Sequence record: JN673056
DNA length: 64,000 bases
Reading direction: 5' to 3' (one strand)
Source of the DNA: Escherichia phage PhaxI
Below are positions 1 through 10,062 of the stretch, piece by piece. Positions within the stretch are counted from its first letter, which is position 1. Each line of letters opens with the position of its first letter. The notes beneath the pieces were generated by a model. That model was not told where the DNA came from and ran no database searches. It saw only the letters and a list, made by a program, of their open reading frames with translations. The translations under genes were made by a program, and so were the position numbers.

Positions 1-215
1 TCCCAAGCTGTATTGGAAGCAATAGTGAAATTCCCGTCCAAGATTTGCATGTCAGTATATTTGTTGAAACCTAACACGGCATCAACGACTATTAAGCCAC
101 CTTGCTCTAGATAACGCTTTGGGGTCAACGTCACCTGATAATGTTTGTTTCGCTGATTCCATAACTCGACAGCGATATCACAAGCAATCTGAATTTCATC
201 TTTCTCTTCTGACAT
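1..215 (-). CDS. hypothetical protein, N-terminal part only (gene runs off window start)
   Basis: ATG at 213-215 on minus strand opens frame MSEEKDEIQIACDIAVELWNQRNKHYQVTL... that stays open to position 1; absent from ORF track because truncated. Confidence 0.3.
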   Translation of the reverse strand, partial: MSEEKDEIQIACDIAVELWNQRNKHYQVTLTPKRYLEQGGLIVVDAVLGFNKYTDMQILDGNFTIASNTAW

Positions 216-334
216 ATGTTTGTCTCAAATATTCAGTAAAAGATTTACCCAACTTACGGAATAGTTTAATACGACCGATCACTTTGACGTAAACATCCCC
301 GTGGCAGGGGCGTGGTTTACACCAGCACTAACCA

Positions 335-649
335 TCATGTCATGTCCTCATAATTAGATAGATTGATCAGGAAGGACAGATTCCGGTCTTCGACAAGGTC
401 AATTGCCTTGCGACTGCCCACAGCCTCACATGTCCAATACTTGTAATTCCCTGCGATCTTCATCGCCAAACGGATAACGCGCAGCTTCATCTGGTACTGG
501 GCGACTTGGTAGCGGACACGCGTCTTCTTGCGCCAGCATTGATTCTCCGCTTTGTACTTGTAGAGGATCATCAGGCGAACGGCTTTGTACAGGCGCTTTT
601 CAGCGCCCTTGGATTTCTTTGATACACGAATCAGGCTACCCATGATCAA
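335..649 (-). CDS. hypothetical basic protein (104 aa)
   Basis: ORF immediately downstream of and overlapping the Rad50-like gene stop (646-649); K/R-rich; no recognisable motif. Confidence 0.3.
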   Translation of the reverse strand: MIMGSLIRVSKKSKGAEKRLYKAVRLMILYKYKAENQCWRKKTRVRYQVAQYQMKLRVIRLAMKIAGNYKYWTCEAVGSRKAIDLVEDRNLSFLINLSNYEDMT

Positions 650-2979
650 TCCTTCTTAATCACTTCGGTCATGCCATTACGCAGACCATAACGAATGTTA
701 TGTTGGAAATATTCTTGGAACTCCTGCTCACGCTGACTGATGACAAACAGATTGTTCCCACCAAATTTATGTTTCAGCATCTCGATGGATTCTTGAACCC
801 CTCGCTCACTCATGTTTTCGAGTATCTCATCCAACACGAAGAGGTTACATTGTACAGACGCCTTCAGGTTAGCGACGTCCCGTAGGGCTAATGTCACAGC
901 CAGATTGAGTCGGCTGCGTTGTCCTGTAGACAGGGAGAATATGCTTTGCCCTTTACGACCAGCAGCGCTCATGGTGATTTCAAATGTATCATCAACAGCA
1001 ATATCCAAGAACATATTGAGTGCTTCAAGATACTCGTTTATTTTACTATTGAGGAAAGGCAAATACAGACTGATAATTCGAGCCTTGGTCTGATCATCTT
1101 TTAGGAAGAACAGAAGATGGTTCAGTCTTGCAATTTCCTCATCCAACTCTACGCGCCGCGCATTCAGATCTTCCATTAATGCCGTGATGCGAGCGATCTC
1201 TTCTTCCAGGGCGTCAGTTGGTGTCGGCTTAACCGCCAATTTACGCTCTAAATCAGCAATGGATGCCTCCAGAGGGGCACGGCGTGATTTCAGGCTGGTG
1301 AGTTTATCAGCCGTGTCGTTGATACTCTTAGAGAGCTGCTCACGCGCTTGACGGATTGACGTCGTGATATCTTCGTAACGGGTGTCTACGGCCTTGAGGA
1401 CGTCGTTAATTTTGGACTGTTGTTCCCGCTGTAAAGATGTTTTCTCAACAGCAGCGACATCATAGAATCCTTGGATGTCGCGTTTTAATGTAGCGATCGC
1501 CGATTCCGCTTCTCGAATTTCATTGCGCAAAGCATCCAGTTCTTTGTCAACAACCGAAATCTGAGAAGATAATTCTGAATCTCTGACATTGTAATTCTCA
1601 ATCAGGGAATTCACTTCTTCTAGGGCTGTATCAACCTGAAGAATCTTGTCAGTCAGTTCACTGATTTGTGGATAATATTGACTTTCAATGCGTGATTTGG
1701 TATCGTCCGACACTAATTGCGTACACGTAGGGCAAGTGCCCATATCGTGGAAACGTTTGATGGCAGATTCATGGCCTTCCATTTCTGTGACGAATTTGAA
1801 ACGGAAGTTCTCTCCCTGTTGACGCCGCGCCAACGCTTTATTCAGTTCGTCGAGATTAGCATTCCTCTGACCGACTAGTTCGTTTTTGCGTTCTGCGACC
1901 ACCGCCATTCTTTCGCGGATTTCTTGTAACGACCTTTCGCCGTCGGATACTTCTATGTGTTCATAATCTTCAGCCTTGGTATCGGCTTCATCCTGAACTG
2001 CTTGGATTTTGGCCGCATACTCTTCATTGATGGCATCGATATCCCCTTTCATTTCGGCATTCAGGCGATTACGGACTTCTGATAATTCTGATTCCAATTT
2101 AGAGTCTTGAGCACGGGACTCTGTCAGTTGTTCCTGCACTGCGCCGATATCTGAATTCAGGCTATTCAGACGTTCCTTCTCTTGGACAAGGATATCCGCA
2201 GATTGTTGCTGGATCATCGCATTGGAATTATTGATCTGTTCCAACTGCGCTTGCTGGCCTTTTAAATTTACATCATGAAAGGCGTAATCATTGGTGACCG
2301 TCGTGAGTTCATTCGTTACTGTCTTGATAGATGCTTTTACATCTTCATTCATCAGACTGAAGAACCCCAAATCCCAGATTGTCTCTACCATAGCGCGACG
2401 GTCGGCAGTGTACATTTCCGTGAATGGGATGAACTTCTCTTTGCCTAGAACCAGGGAGTTCTCAAACATCTTCTGGTCTACGCCAATCAGGTTCACAATA
2501 TATTTGTTCATGTCGGCTTTGGCCGCATCATTCACGACCTGCTTCCACTCACCGTCTACCATCTGATAGACTTCTACGAAATCAGGTTTGATATCACGAC
2601 GGACTTTCCATTCACTTCCTCGAGTGGAGAACTCAACTTCACCCACGCATTCCTTTTTGTTTTGGGAATTGACTAATCCGGCTTTCTTTTCTTTCTTGCT
2701 ATATGTGTCATTATACAGAACGAAGAACAGCAGCCAGACAAGCATGGTGGATTTACCAGCGCCATTGTCATCGGATGTAACCAAGGTTGCCGAATTGCGT
2801 TGGTAATCAATTTCCATGAATTCATTACCGATGGAACGGAAGTTTTTAGCGCGACCGCGATGGAATGTCAGTTTGTGGGTAATTTCCCCACGGATTTCAA
2901 ATGGTGCTTCAACAGAAACAGGAGTGTCCGCTTCTTTCAGAAGGGAACCGAATTTAGACAGTAGATCTACATTGCTCAT
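646..2979 (-). CDS. Rad50/SbcC-like recombination ATPase (T4 gp46-like)
   Basis: Walker A GAGKSTMLVWLL near N-terminus, long coiled-coil middle with CPTC zinc-hook (GTCPTCTQ), C-terminal signature LSTGQRS and Walker B/D-loop FVLDEILENMSERG; ATG 2977-2979 abuts stop of Mre11-like gene. Confidence 0.8.
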   Translation of the reverse strand: MSNVDLLSKFGSLLKEADTPVSVEAPFEIRGEITHKLTFHRGRAKNFRSIGNEFMEIDYQRNSATLVTSDDNGAGKSTMLVWLLFFVLYNDTYSKKEKKAGLVNSQNKKECVGEVEFSTRGSEWKVRRDIKPDFVEVYQMVDGEWKQVVNDAAKADMNKYIVNLIGVDQKMFENSLVLGKEKFIPFTEMYTADRRAMVETIWDLGFFSLMNEDVKASIKTVTNELTTVTNDYAFHDVNLKGQQAQLEQINNSNAMIQQQSADILVQEKERLNSLNSDIGAVQEQLTESRAQDSKLESELSEVRNRLNAEMKGDIDAINEEYAAKIQAVQDEADTKAEDYEHIEVSDGERSLQEIRERMAVVAERKNELVGQRNANLDELNKALARRQQGENFRFKFVTEMEGHESAIKRFHDMGTCPTCTQLVSDDTKSRIESQYYPQISELTDKILQVDTALEEVNSLIENYNVRDSELSSQISVVDKELDALRNEIREAESAIATLKRDIQGFYDVAAVEKTSLQREQQSKINDVLKAVDTRYEDITTSIRQAREQLSKSINDTADKLTSLKSRRAPLEASIADLERKLAVKPTPTDALEEEIARITALMEDLNARRVELDEEIARLNHLLFFLKDDQTKARIISLYLPFLNSKINEYLEALNMFLDIAVDDTFEITMSAAGRKGQSIFSLSTGQRSRLNLAVTLALRDVANLKASVQCNLFVLDEILENMSERGVQESIEMLKHKFGGNNLFVISQREQEFQEYFQHNIRYGLRNGMTEVIKKD

Positions 2980-2981
2980 TA

Positions 2982-4097
2982 TTATGCATCCAATGTGTTC
3001 AGGCGTTGTTGGGCAGCATTATAGAATTGTTCTGCTAATTTGCAAACATTTTCAGGGCGCTGGATATTATTGGCGGCGCGGATATCTTTCTTCAAGACTT
3101 CCACCGCATCAGTAGCCACCATCTCTTCAGTGACTTCTACCTTCTCGGAAGCAACAGTAATCGTCCGATCGATGAAGTTGTAATCGATGCATTTACAGCG
3201 CTTCAATGCGTCACAGAACTTTTCATAATGCTTGGCATTGTCACGGTTCTGTACAATCACCTTAACGATTTGCCCTTCAATACCCAAAACATTGTTTAAC
3301 CAATCGGGGTCGATCCAATTACCTTCAGTATCAGAAGACATTTGGGTGTAGTCGTATTCCACGAACCGGAACAACGTTTGTTGTTCGTTGTTGGGGATAA
3401 ACAATTCCCCGCCATTCATGTCGTCTACATAGAATCCTCGGTTCGTCCCGTCTTTGTGGTCTTCCCAGGTAAGGTGATAAGGAGTCCCAATATACTGAAT
3501 GTTACCTTCCATCGAACGGGTATGGAAATGTCCGGTATCCACGCGCTCGAATTTCGAAAGGAGCGCCAAGTCGATCTGACCTTTATCACATACAGAGGAC
3601 TGGTACATTTTGAACCCTGCCAACTCCAGATGCGCAAAACAGTACTTGGCGTCTGTATCTTGTATCGCTTTAATGGACGCATCATAGTTCTCTTTGTTAA
3701 TCCACGGCAGTAGGAGGGTCTTGACACCTTCAATCATTACTTCAGTTGGTTCGCTGTAATAATGATAAACCTCCGGTGCCAATTCATTAAGATAAGAAGG
3801 CCAGTTAATACGATTGGACTCTTCTAACGTGATATCATGGTTGCCGACGATGCCATTCCATTTAATACCTGCTTTGCGCAGCGCTGGCGTCAATTCATCT
3901 TTCAACCAATCTTTATCGCGACCATACATGAATTTGCGAACATCAAACGTATCACCAAATTGCCACACTTCTTTAATATCGGCGTCAACCAATTCTGGAA
4001 TAAAATAATTGATGAGATAATTCTTTATGAATTCTCGAACGTAACGGGAACCATTACGGCTCCCGATATGTAAATCGCCAATTTTAGCAATCGCCAT
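2982..4097 (-). CDS. Mre11/SbcD-like nuclease (T4 gp47-like)
   Basis: Calcineurin-like phosphoesterase motifs GDLHIG, GNHD, DTGHFH; directly upstream of Rad50-like gene as in T4 47-46. Confidence 0.8.
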   Translation of the reverse strand: MAIAKIGDLHIGSRNGSRYVREFIKNYLINYFIPELVDADIKEVWQFGDTFDVRKFMYGRDKDWLKDELTPALRKAGIKWNGIVGNHDITLEESNRINWPSYLNELAPEVYHYYSEPTEVMIEGVKTLLLPWINKENYDASIKAIQDTDAKYCFAHLELAGFKMYQSSVCDKGQIDLALLSKFERVDTGHFHTRSMEGNIQYIGTPYHLTWEDHKDGTNRGFYVDDMNGGELFIPNNEQQTLFRFVEYDYTQMSSDTEGNWIDPDWLNNVLGIEGQIVKVIVQNRDNAKHYEKFCDALKRCKCIDYNFIDRTITVASEKVEVTEEMVATDAVEVLKKDIRAANNIQRPENVCKLAEQFYNAAQQRLNTLDA

Positions 4098-4875
4098 TAT
4101 TTTGTTGCTCCCGTTCTAATGCTCGTTTCTTTGCTTCTTCCCAATCTGGTTCCATAGAACATATTTCGTCTTCCAGATTGAATTGAGTAGAGCCGAAGTC
4201 ATAGTCTGAATTATCTTCGGCGTCGGCGGTAATGGTATTTTCACTCTTTGTGAGACATTGAAGTATACCGCGAGGAATTTTCTTATTCTTTTCCTCTTCT
4301 TTGATGGCGATTTGCTTTTGGCGTTCCTTTTCGCGCTGGGCTTCTTTCTTAGTTTCAAAATTTCCGATACGCTCACGAAAGTCCATTGTTATACCAGTGC
4401 TGTCTACGAATGTCTGTTGCTGGAAGTCTGGGTCATCTGATAATGCAGCGAAACCACCTGCTTCTTCAAATGAACGCAACTTGATATAATTGTGTTCTTC
4501 TTCACTGGTGAGTTTCTTGGCGAATGAACGATCGGCGCACATCGTTACCCAAGAGAAGAAATTGATTTTTCCTTTCTTGCCGATATGACTGACGTCAAAT
4601 GTATGGAGGTAACGAAGGATGTTGACAACGGCCTCACTGACCATGTCTTCGCGGTATGGATAATCACGATAGTTGTAGCGCATACTCATGTTCTTAATAA
4701 TCATCTGAACATTCATGGCCACATAATTGGGGATTCTTGGTAGGGGTGTTCCTTCGGCCAAAGCCTTTTTGCGAGCCGGAATCCAATCTCTCAATATTCC
4801 AACAACACGGTCATTATCTTCGTCTGTGAAATATTTGGTGACGTTATCACCCCTGTCTACAAAATTCATACCCAT
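4084..4875 (-). CDS. late-transcription sigma factor (T4 gp55-like), with acidic C-terminal extension
   Basis: Positionally equivalent to T4 gene 55 next to gp47; segments LRDW, MNVQMIIKNMSMRYNYRDY, NFFSWVTMCADRSFAKKL align by eye with remembered gp55 (IIDW, [39 protein letters not shown]); start moved from TTG 4890 to ATG 4875 preceded by GAGGAT. Confidence 0.55.
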   Translation of the reverse strand: MGMNFVDRGDNVTKYFTDEDNDRVVGILRDWIPARKKALAEGTPLPRIPNYVAMNVQMIIKNMSMRYNYRDYPYREDMVSEAVVNILRYLHTFDVSHIGKKGKINFFSWVTMCADRSFAKKLTSEEEHNYIKLRSFEEAGGFAALSDDPDFQQQTFVDSTGITMDFRERIGNFETKKEAQREKERQKQIAIKEEEKNKKIPRGILQCLTKSENTITADAEDNSDYDFGSTQFNLEDEICSMEPDWEEAKKRALEREQQNNGDC

Positions 4876-4886
4876 CGTGATAATCC

Positions 4887-5414
4887 TCAAATACCAATGA
4901 ATTCATTGAAAGAACCAACGACTTTCTTGACCGAGAAACGGTTATTTTCAAGAACCATTGAACTATCTTCTTTGGCTCTAACGCTCCACTGATCCGCAAT
5001 TTCGTTGCCCATCGTTCCTGCATGACCTTTCACCCATTTTAATTCAAGTTCACAAATTGAACAAACTTTGTCATAATAATCGAACAACTCGAGCAGAAGT
5101 TCTGTGTTCTTAGGCGGCATTCCTTCATATTCCCATTTACGACGCCACTCCAAAACGCTATTGATAACATATTGGCTGTCGGATATAATGCGGGCTGGGG
5201 GAATGCAGCGTTCACCGCAATTAGAGAATTTCCATAGGATCTTCATCGCGTTTATAACCCCGAGTAACTCAGCTATATTGTTCGTTGACGGCGGGGGTAA
5301 ATACCCATAAAACACTTTCCATTGCTCTCCAGTGATTGGACTGATGGCAAATGCCCAACCAGCGGCTCGTGTCTTCTGAGGGGATGATGCCCCGTCAGTG
5401 TATATTTCAATCAT
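4887..5414 (-). CDS. rnhA: ribonuclease HI (bacterial rnhA type)
   Basis: RNase H motifs IYTDGA, NNIAEL, SDSQYV, WVKGHAG..NE.AD match E. coli RNase HI catalytic residues; start set to ATG 5412-5414 (track begins at TTG 5429). Confidence 0.75.
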   Translation of the reverse strand: MIEIYTDGASSPQKTRAAGWAFAISPITGEQWKVFYGYLPPPSTNNIAELLGVINAMKILWKFSNCGERCIPPARIISDSQYVINSVLEWRRKWEYEGMPPKNTELLLELFDYYDKVCSICELELKWVKGHAGTMGNEIADQWSVRAKEDSSMVLENNRFSVKKVVGSFNEFIGI

Positions 5415-5456
5415 GTATAAGTATCCCAAACTGGTTTTATCGATGAGGAACGAATC

Positions 5457-6224
5457 ATGTCAGAACGCGCATATCGTTTCAGTCTGACCGCCCCAGAAAT
5501 TGAGCGTTTGCTCTTGTCTATAAATGATTCCATACAAAAGCTGGACATCATTTATGACTACACGGCGGGTGGGACTGAAGGTCAAGTCGCAGCTGCGTCA
5601 GCTGTCAAAAACATGTGGCTAAAACTTAATGAGATGGTCACAGGTGAAGGTCTTAAAGACGCAATCAATGCAGCTAACGACAGCAACGTATTCACCGATT
5701 ATTATAAGTCTATTTTAGATCGCGAAACTTGGAAATTTATTGGTTCTCCGGCAGATTTATTAGCAAGGGACGATATAGACACTTCCAATTTTGAAGGCGG
5801 TGAAGTAATCCTCCTACAAAAGAACGCTTCGGGCAACCCAGAATTCCAATACTGGAAAAGAACTCCTGTGGCAGGAGGTGATCCAATATTTGGTTGGGAA
5901 TCTGTTTATGAAGGAAACTCCAACGACTCTTCTATTGATATTCCGGTTGTTGGGACCAGCATACTGAAGACAATCCCAAAAGCATTGTTTCATATGGTCG
6001 AATTCCGAGTACACGCTCGAGAGTCTACCCTCGGTCATTGGCAGGACACTGATGGCAAAATCGGTTATCGTGGTGAAGATCTGATTTATAGCCTGTATAA
6101 TCATGTTCAAACCAAACCGATCGCAAATATATCTTTCAGCCAAGATGTGGACAATATGATTATCACGATAACGACACTTGAACCAAATATCAAGTGCCAT
6201 TTATCGTTTATTGCGGGTTATTAA
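5457..6224 (+). CDS. hypothetical protein (255 aa), plus-strand
   Basis: ATG 5457 preceded by GAGGAA; convergent with flanking minus-strand genes; no motif recognised. Confidence 0.45.
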   Translation: MSERAYRFSLTAPEIERLLLSINDSIQKLDIIYDYTAGGTEGQVAAASAVKNMWLKLNEMVTGEGLKDAINAANDSNVFTDYYKSILDRETWKFIGSPADLLARDDIDTSNFEGGEVILLQKNASGNPEFQYWKRTPVAGGDPIFGWESVYEGNSNDSSIDIPVVGTSILKTIPKALFHMVEFRVHARESTLGHWQDTDGKIGYRGEDLIYSLYNHVQTKPIANISFSQDVDNMIITITTLEPNIKCHLSFIAGY

Positions 6225-7927
6225 ACCTCAAACACTGCATCGGTGAACCAGGTTGGGAAGAATTCTGGGTTGCGCATCATAAGAGATTCAAAGGATGAAT
6301 CAATGATGTATGTCGCAGCCCAGTCATCAACACCCCTGACCGAACGCCCACACATTTGAACAATGCGCAGTACTGCATTGCGGAAATATGCCGACGGATC
6401 CACTGAATTGATATGTGCTATCAGTGGATCGCCCAGATAATCATAAGGGACTTTGATCAGTATTTGGAAACGGCTGTAATCCCCTTTGAAATCATAACCT
6501 TCTTCCATAGCCGGACTGGCAATGACGCATGGGGACTTTGTTCTAAAAGCATTTTCCATAATATCCATCAACGCCTTTCGGGTACGCGGAACATGGATAA
6601 AATTCTGATATTTGCTGAATTTTTGTATTGCCAAGGCGCGATCATAACTCACTGTATGGATAATGCCGGACTGACCTGGGTGGAACGCGATTATTTCATC
6701 AATATATTCCGTCAACCTTTTCATTTCATAGTCACCCATATTGTTAGTCATCTTCACTATGGGCATATAGTTGACTTTTCTGTTTTCAATCGGGATAGGG
6801 TTGCCGATCTGAATGGAATGATAATCCCCCTGTCGAATACCCAATGAACGAGCATACAGATCGTGCTGACATATGAACGTGGATATCGCTTTTCGGAATA
6901 ACCCGAATTCGCTTACATCAGAAGGCATTACAGGTTTAAACCGGATAAAATCCTCCCCCTTTTCTTGCACAATAAATGTACTTGCTTGGGTTTGTGACAT
7001 AATACCGCAATAATCACTCAAGTTATGCAAGACATCTATAATGTCGGCGAGTTTCATCACTTGGCTTTCACTCAAGCGATCATCTTCGACCAATTCTTCA
7101 AGAACTTCCAACAAATTTTCTACTTTGAGATGGAGGGCTTCAAACATTGAATGCAGTTCACCAGACAAAGAATATAACTTGCCCAGGACATAGTCCTTGG
7201 TGCGTTCTACGATATCACCAATGGTAGAGACGATCTCCTTGCCCTCAGGGATAGAACGCAGCCCCTCCACGGCCTTTGTATTGTATTCCATGATCGTGTG
7301 CTCTAGGAGCGTAGAGGGCATTTTATGGCACTCGTCAAGGATCAGCATATCGGAACGGTTTTCGGGCTTCATGCAGATGGTTGTACACATTTCGATCATC
7401 ATGGCAGCATTAGTACAACGCAATGATGAAATATCCGTCCACAAATTACGCGCCTGTACATAAGGACAGCGGCGTTTGCTACAATGCCCGTCACGGCATG
7501 CTATACGGCATTGGACAGCATTGTAATACACATCTGGATGTACGTGGCAACGATAGTTCTTCTTGCCTTTTAGGATGTCTATCGCCACCGCCTTTTCAGC
7601 AGCATACTGATCTTGCAGACCTTTGGTCGGGGTGCTGATAGAAGTGCGAAATTGCCCATAAGGATCAGCCTGTAAAACTAGATGGCGAATCACTTTATGA
7701 ATGGTAGTGCCAATCAAAGATTTACCGACACCTGTCGGAGCTTCAATGATGACATGTTTAACCTTTTTGTTGATAAGCGCATCTATGGCTTCGACGATGC
7801 ATTCCATCTGGCCTGGGTTCGCTTTGTCATATGGGAATTCATCTTTGGTAAGGCGTTGTATTTCTTCCACAGGAACCTTACGGCCTATGGCGTCAATCGC
7901 CTTTCGGTGTTGATTAAATGCTGTCAC
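6221..7927 (-). CDS. SF2 DNA helicase, Rad3/XPD/DinG-like with Fe-S cysteine cluster
   Basis: Walker A APTGVGKS, DECH box (ILDECHK), cysteine-rich insert CHVHPDVYYNAVQCRIACRDGHCSKRRC typical of 4Fe-4S helicases; GTG start with strong SD AAAGGAGG. Confidence 0.65.
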   Translation of the reverse strand: MTAFNQHRKAIDAIGRKVPVEEIQRLTKDEFPYDKANPGQMECIVEAIDALINKKVKHVIIEAPTGVGKSLIGTTIHKVIRHLVLQADPYGQFRTSISTPTKGLQDQYAAEKAVAIDILKGKKNYRCHVHPDVYYNAVQCRIACRDGHCSKRRCPYVQARNLWTDISSLRCTNAAMMIEMCTTICMKPENRSDMLILDECHKMPSTLLEHTIMEYNTKAVEGLRSIPEGKEIVSTIGDIVERTKDYVLGKLYSLSGELHSMFEALHLKVENLLEVLEELVEDDRLSESQVMKLADIIDVLHNLSDYCGIMSQTQASTFIVQEKGEDFIRFKPVMPSDVSEFGLFRKAISTFICQHDLYARSLGIRQGDYHSIQIGNPIPIENRKVNYMPIVKMTNNMGDYEMKRLTEYIDEIIAFHPGQSGIIHTVSYDRALAIQKFSKYQNFIHVPRTRKALMDIMENAFRTKSPCVIASPAMEEGYDFKGDYSRFQILIKVPYDYLGDPLIAHINSVDPSAYFRNAVLRIVQMCGRSVRGVDDWAATYIIDSSFESLMMRNPEFFPTWFTDAVFEV

Positions 7928-7976
7928 GTTGTTCCTCCTTTGGATTCTGTTATAGTTTACCCGAATCCCAACAACG

Positions 7977-8010
7977 AAAAAGCCGAGGCATTAACCTCGG
8001 CTTCTCCTTT
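7977..8010. terminator. bidirectional rho-independent terminator hairpin (GCCGAGG-CATTAA-CCTCGGC)
   Basis: 7-bp GC-rich stem flanked by A-run upstream and T-rich run downstream on plus strand; lies between HU gene end and helicase gene start. Confidence 0.5.
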
Positions 8011-8062
8011 TAGCCTTGCGCCGCTGCACTGCAGACATGCGCTGGGCCGACGCCTGGTGTGA

Positions 8063-8341
8063 TTACTGGCCGTTGGCAGCAGCTTTCAGACCTTCACCGA
8101 CTTTGAATTTAACTACATTTTTCGCTTCGATCTGGATCTGTTGTCCGTTCAGCGGGTTGCGGCCAGTGCGCGCTTCCTGATGTTTAACTTCGAACGCGCC
8201 GAAGCCTACGAATTGGACAGATTGGCCAGCCGCGACTGCAGTTTTCACGCCATTGATAAAAGATGCAACGATTTTCTCAGCTTCGCCTTTGGTCATACCC
8301 TGGGTTTGAGCGATGTGAGCGATAAAATCAGTACGGTTCAT
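8063..8341 (-). CDS. HU/IHF-family DNA-binding protein
   Basis: MNRTDFIAHIAQ..GMTKGEAEKIVASF..GFGAFEVKHQEARTGRNPLNGQQIQIEAKNVVKFKVG is a canonical HU fold sequence; start set to ATG 8339-8341 with GGAG SD (track start 8377 is upstream). Confidence 0.85.
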   Translation of the reverse strand: MNRTDFIAHIAQTQGMTKGEAEKIVASFINGVKTAVAAGQSVQFVGFGAFEVKHQEARTGRNPLNGQQIQIEAKNVVKFKVGEGLKAAANGQ

Positions 8342-8428
8342 TCGGATTACTCCAGTTGGTTGTTTACGATGTTTCACTACAAGAGGACTACAGCTTACCT
8401 AACAAATATTATTGAATAAAGCGTTTAT

Positions 8429-9217
8429 TTACCGGGCATTTAGCATGTTACTTGAGCCTGAACCATCAACAGTCAGAGTACATTTCCCGGTGTTTGGGCA
8501 AGATTGCAACACCATGTTATATTCGTGGTGTAAATATTCAGGTGTCAGAGATGTCGTCAGTTTCTGATTCGCCCTGGCTTCTTGATCTGGAATTTCAACG
8601 TTCTTTCTTGCTGTATCCAAACGTTTGTCGGCCAGGACATTATCGCGGATAGATTGCTCAATCGAAGGATCTGTCAGCGCCTTTTTCACCAACACACGTG
8701 TGATTGTGAACATGCCAGGCGCAGCAGTTTCCAATTGCTGCTGGGTGCGTTCCTTGATCATCTTTTCTAACTCAGCCCGTTGGGTGTGAATTGTCATAGA
8801 ATCCAAAGAGGAAACGGCGTCCATCGTTGAGGATGCTGCGGCGGTTTTAACCAGGTTGAATCCCACCGCTATCGTGCCGTCACCGAGTTCAGCGCTCTGA
8901 CCTGCAAATTTGGTATGGAACCAAGGAACCTTCGCGACGTTCGGTGTGTAATAAACGTCCACATCCAGATCTTCCAAGGTCAGGTTGTCTTTGGCCTTTG
9001 GCGTCATTTTGGTCAGACTCACAACGGCTTCTTTGGTCGTGTAAACATCCACGCTTGAAACAAAGCTGGTGTAGATCCCCGCTGTTACAGGGTTCATGTC
9101 TACTTCACCCCATTGGGTGTGAACGCCGACATTACCTTCATCGATAACGCCACCACAACCAGAAAGTAGACTTGCAGCCAGAACCATAATTGCACCAAAC
9201 ACCAATTTCTTGAACAT
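8429..9217 (-). CDS. SPFH (band-7/stomatin-prohibitin-like) domain lipoprotein
   Basis: Signal peptide plus lipobox MMFKKLVFGAIMVLAASLLSGC; SPFH-like N-terminal motif VIDEGNVGVHTQWGEV and later AKDNLTLEDLDVDVYYTP resembling the TKDN..v.vd..v.yr block; start overlaps stop of upstream membrane protein gene. Confidence 0.5.
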   Translation of the reverse strand: MFKKLVFGAIMVLAASLLSGCGGVIDEGNVGVHTQWGEVDMNPVTAGIYTSFVSSVDVYTTKEAVVSLTKMTPKAKDNLTLEDLDVDVYYTPNVAKVPWFHTKFAGQSAELGDGTIAVGFNLVKTAAASSTMDAVSSLDSMTIHTQRAELEKMIKERTQQQLETAAPGMFTITRVLVKKALTDPSIEQSIRDNVLADKRLDTARKNVEIPDQEARANQKLTTSLTPEYLHHEYNMVLQSCPNTGKCTLTVDGSGSSNMLNAR

Positions 9218-9435
9218 CAATGTACCCCTTCAAAAATGTAGATATATGCACCCAATGTGAGTGCGGTTATTGTAACCGAAGAAATCAGCAGCAGGAAAGT
9301 TACCCTCACCCGTTTACGCCAACGTTTACTTCGGTAGATTTTAGTCTCTTTCAAGTATTTGAAAAAGAAAAATAAAATGAATGTTGAAATTACGAATATG
9401 AACAGATAACGGATTAACCCGATCATATTTCCCAC
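9217..9435 (-). CDS. small two-helix membrane protein (72 aa)
   Basis: Two hydrophobic segments (LIRYLFIFVISTFILFFFF and FLLLISSVTITALTLGAYIYIF) separated by basic loop KRWRKRVR; translationally coupled to the SPFH lipoprotein gene. Confidence 0.45.
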   Translation of the reverse strand: MGNMIGLIRYLFIFVISTFILFFFFKYLKETKIYRSKRWRKRVRVTFLLLISSVTITALTLGAYIYIFEGVH

Positions 9436-9743
9436 CCTGTGCTACGCAGATGATCAAAATAATCGTTGAGTTCGTCAATATCTTCGATATCAACCCAACG
9501 ATCATCCAGACCCATATCATTTAGATCTTCTTCAGTCAGATCATGTTGGTATATTTGAACGCCGGAAGCATTACAATAATCCGGCTTGATGTTATTGTTA
9601 TACTGAAACAGGTCGTAATCAGCCAGAGTATTCTTCAGGCGCTGCGCTTCTTCAAATGTTGGAACCTCAACATGAAAAGCGATCCCAGGAACCTGGGGAA
9701 TATGCCAAACGCGAAATTTAAGTTCAAACGGTTTATTCGACAT
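9423..9743 (-). CDS. hypothetical acidic protein (106 aa)
   Basis: ORF in operon context; acidic C-terminus DDRWVDIEDIDELNDYFD. Confidence 0.4.
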   Translation of the reverse strand: MSNKPFELKFRVWHIPQVPGIAFHVEVPTFEEAQRLKNTLADYDLFQYNNNIKPDYCNASGVQIYQHDLTEEDLNDMGLDDRWVDIEDIDELNDYFDHLRSTGWEI

Positions 9744-10062
9744 GGGGTTCTCCCTGAGACAGTATGGTTTTCATCTGTTCACGCGTGATAATTGTTTCAA
9801 CAAGATTCTCGTCAATCATCATTTCGTTTAACAGTTCACAACCCAGCACGTGTGGTCGCGCCATATACGGCATCGTGTTGAGTTTTTCTTCTATGTCAAG
9901 AACGCGCTTGACAGTCAGACCCATAGAAGAAAAGGGAACAGGATAAAAGAATGAAATGATCTGATTATCCATCCCGTTTGAAAATCTTACCAACAATACA
10001 TCACACCATACGCCGGACATATTACACCTCCAGACGGTTACAATGAGAAAGCGCGTTATCAA
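9733..10062 (-). CDS. hypothetical protein
   Basis: ORF in operon context; true start may be an internal Met. Confidence 0.35.
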   Translation of the reverse strand: MITRFLIVTVWRCNMSGVWCDVLLVRFSNGMDNQIISFFYPVPFSSMGLTVKRVLDIEEKLNTMPYMARPHVLGCELLNEMMIDENLVETIITREQMKTILSQGEPHVE

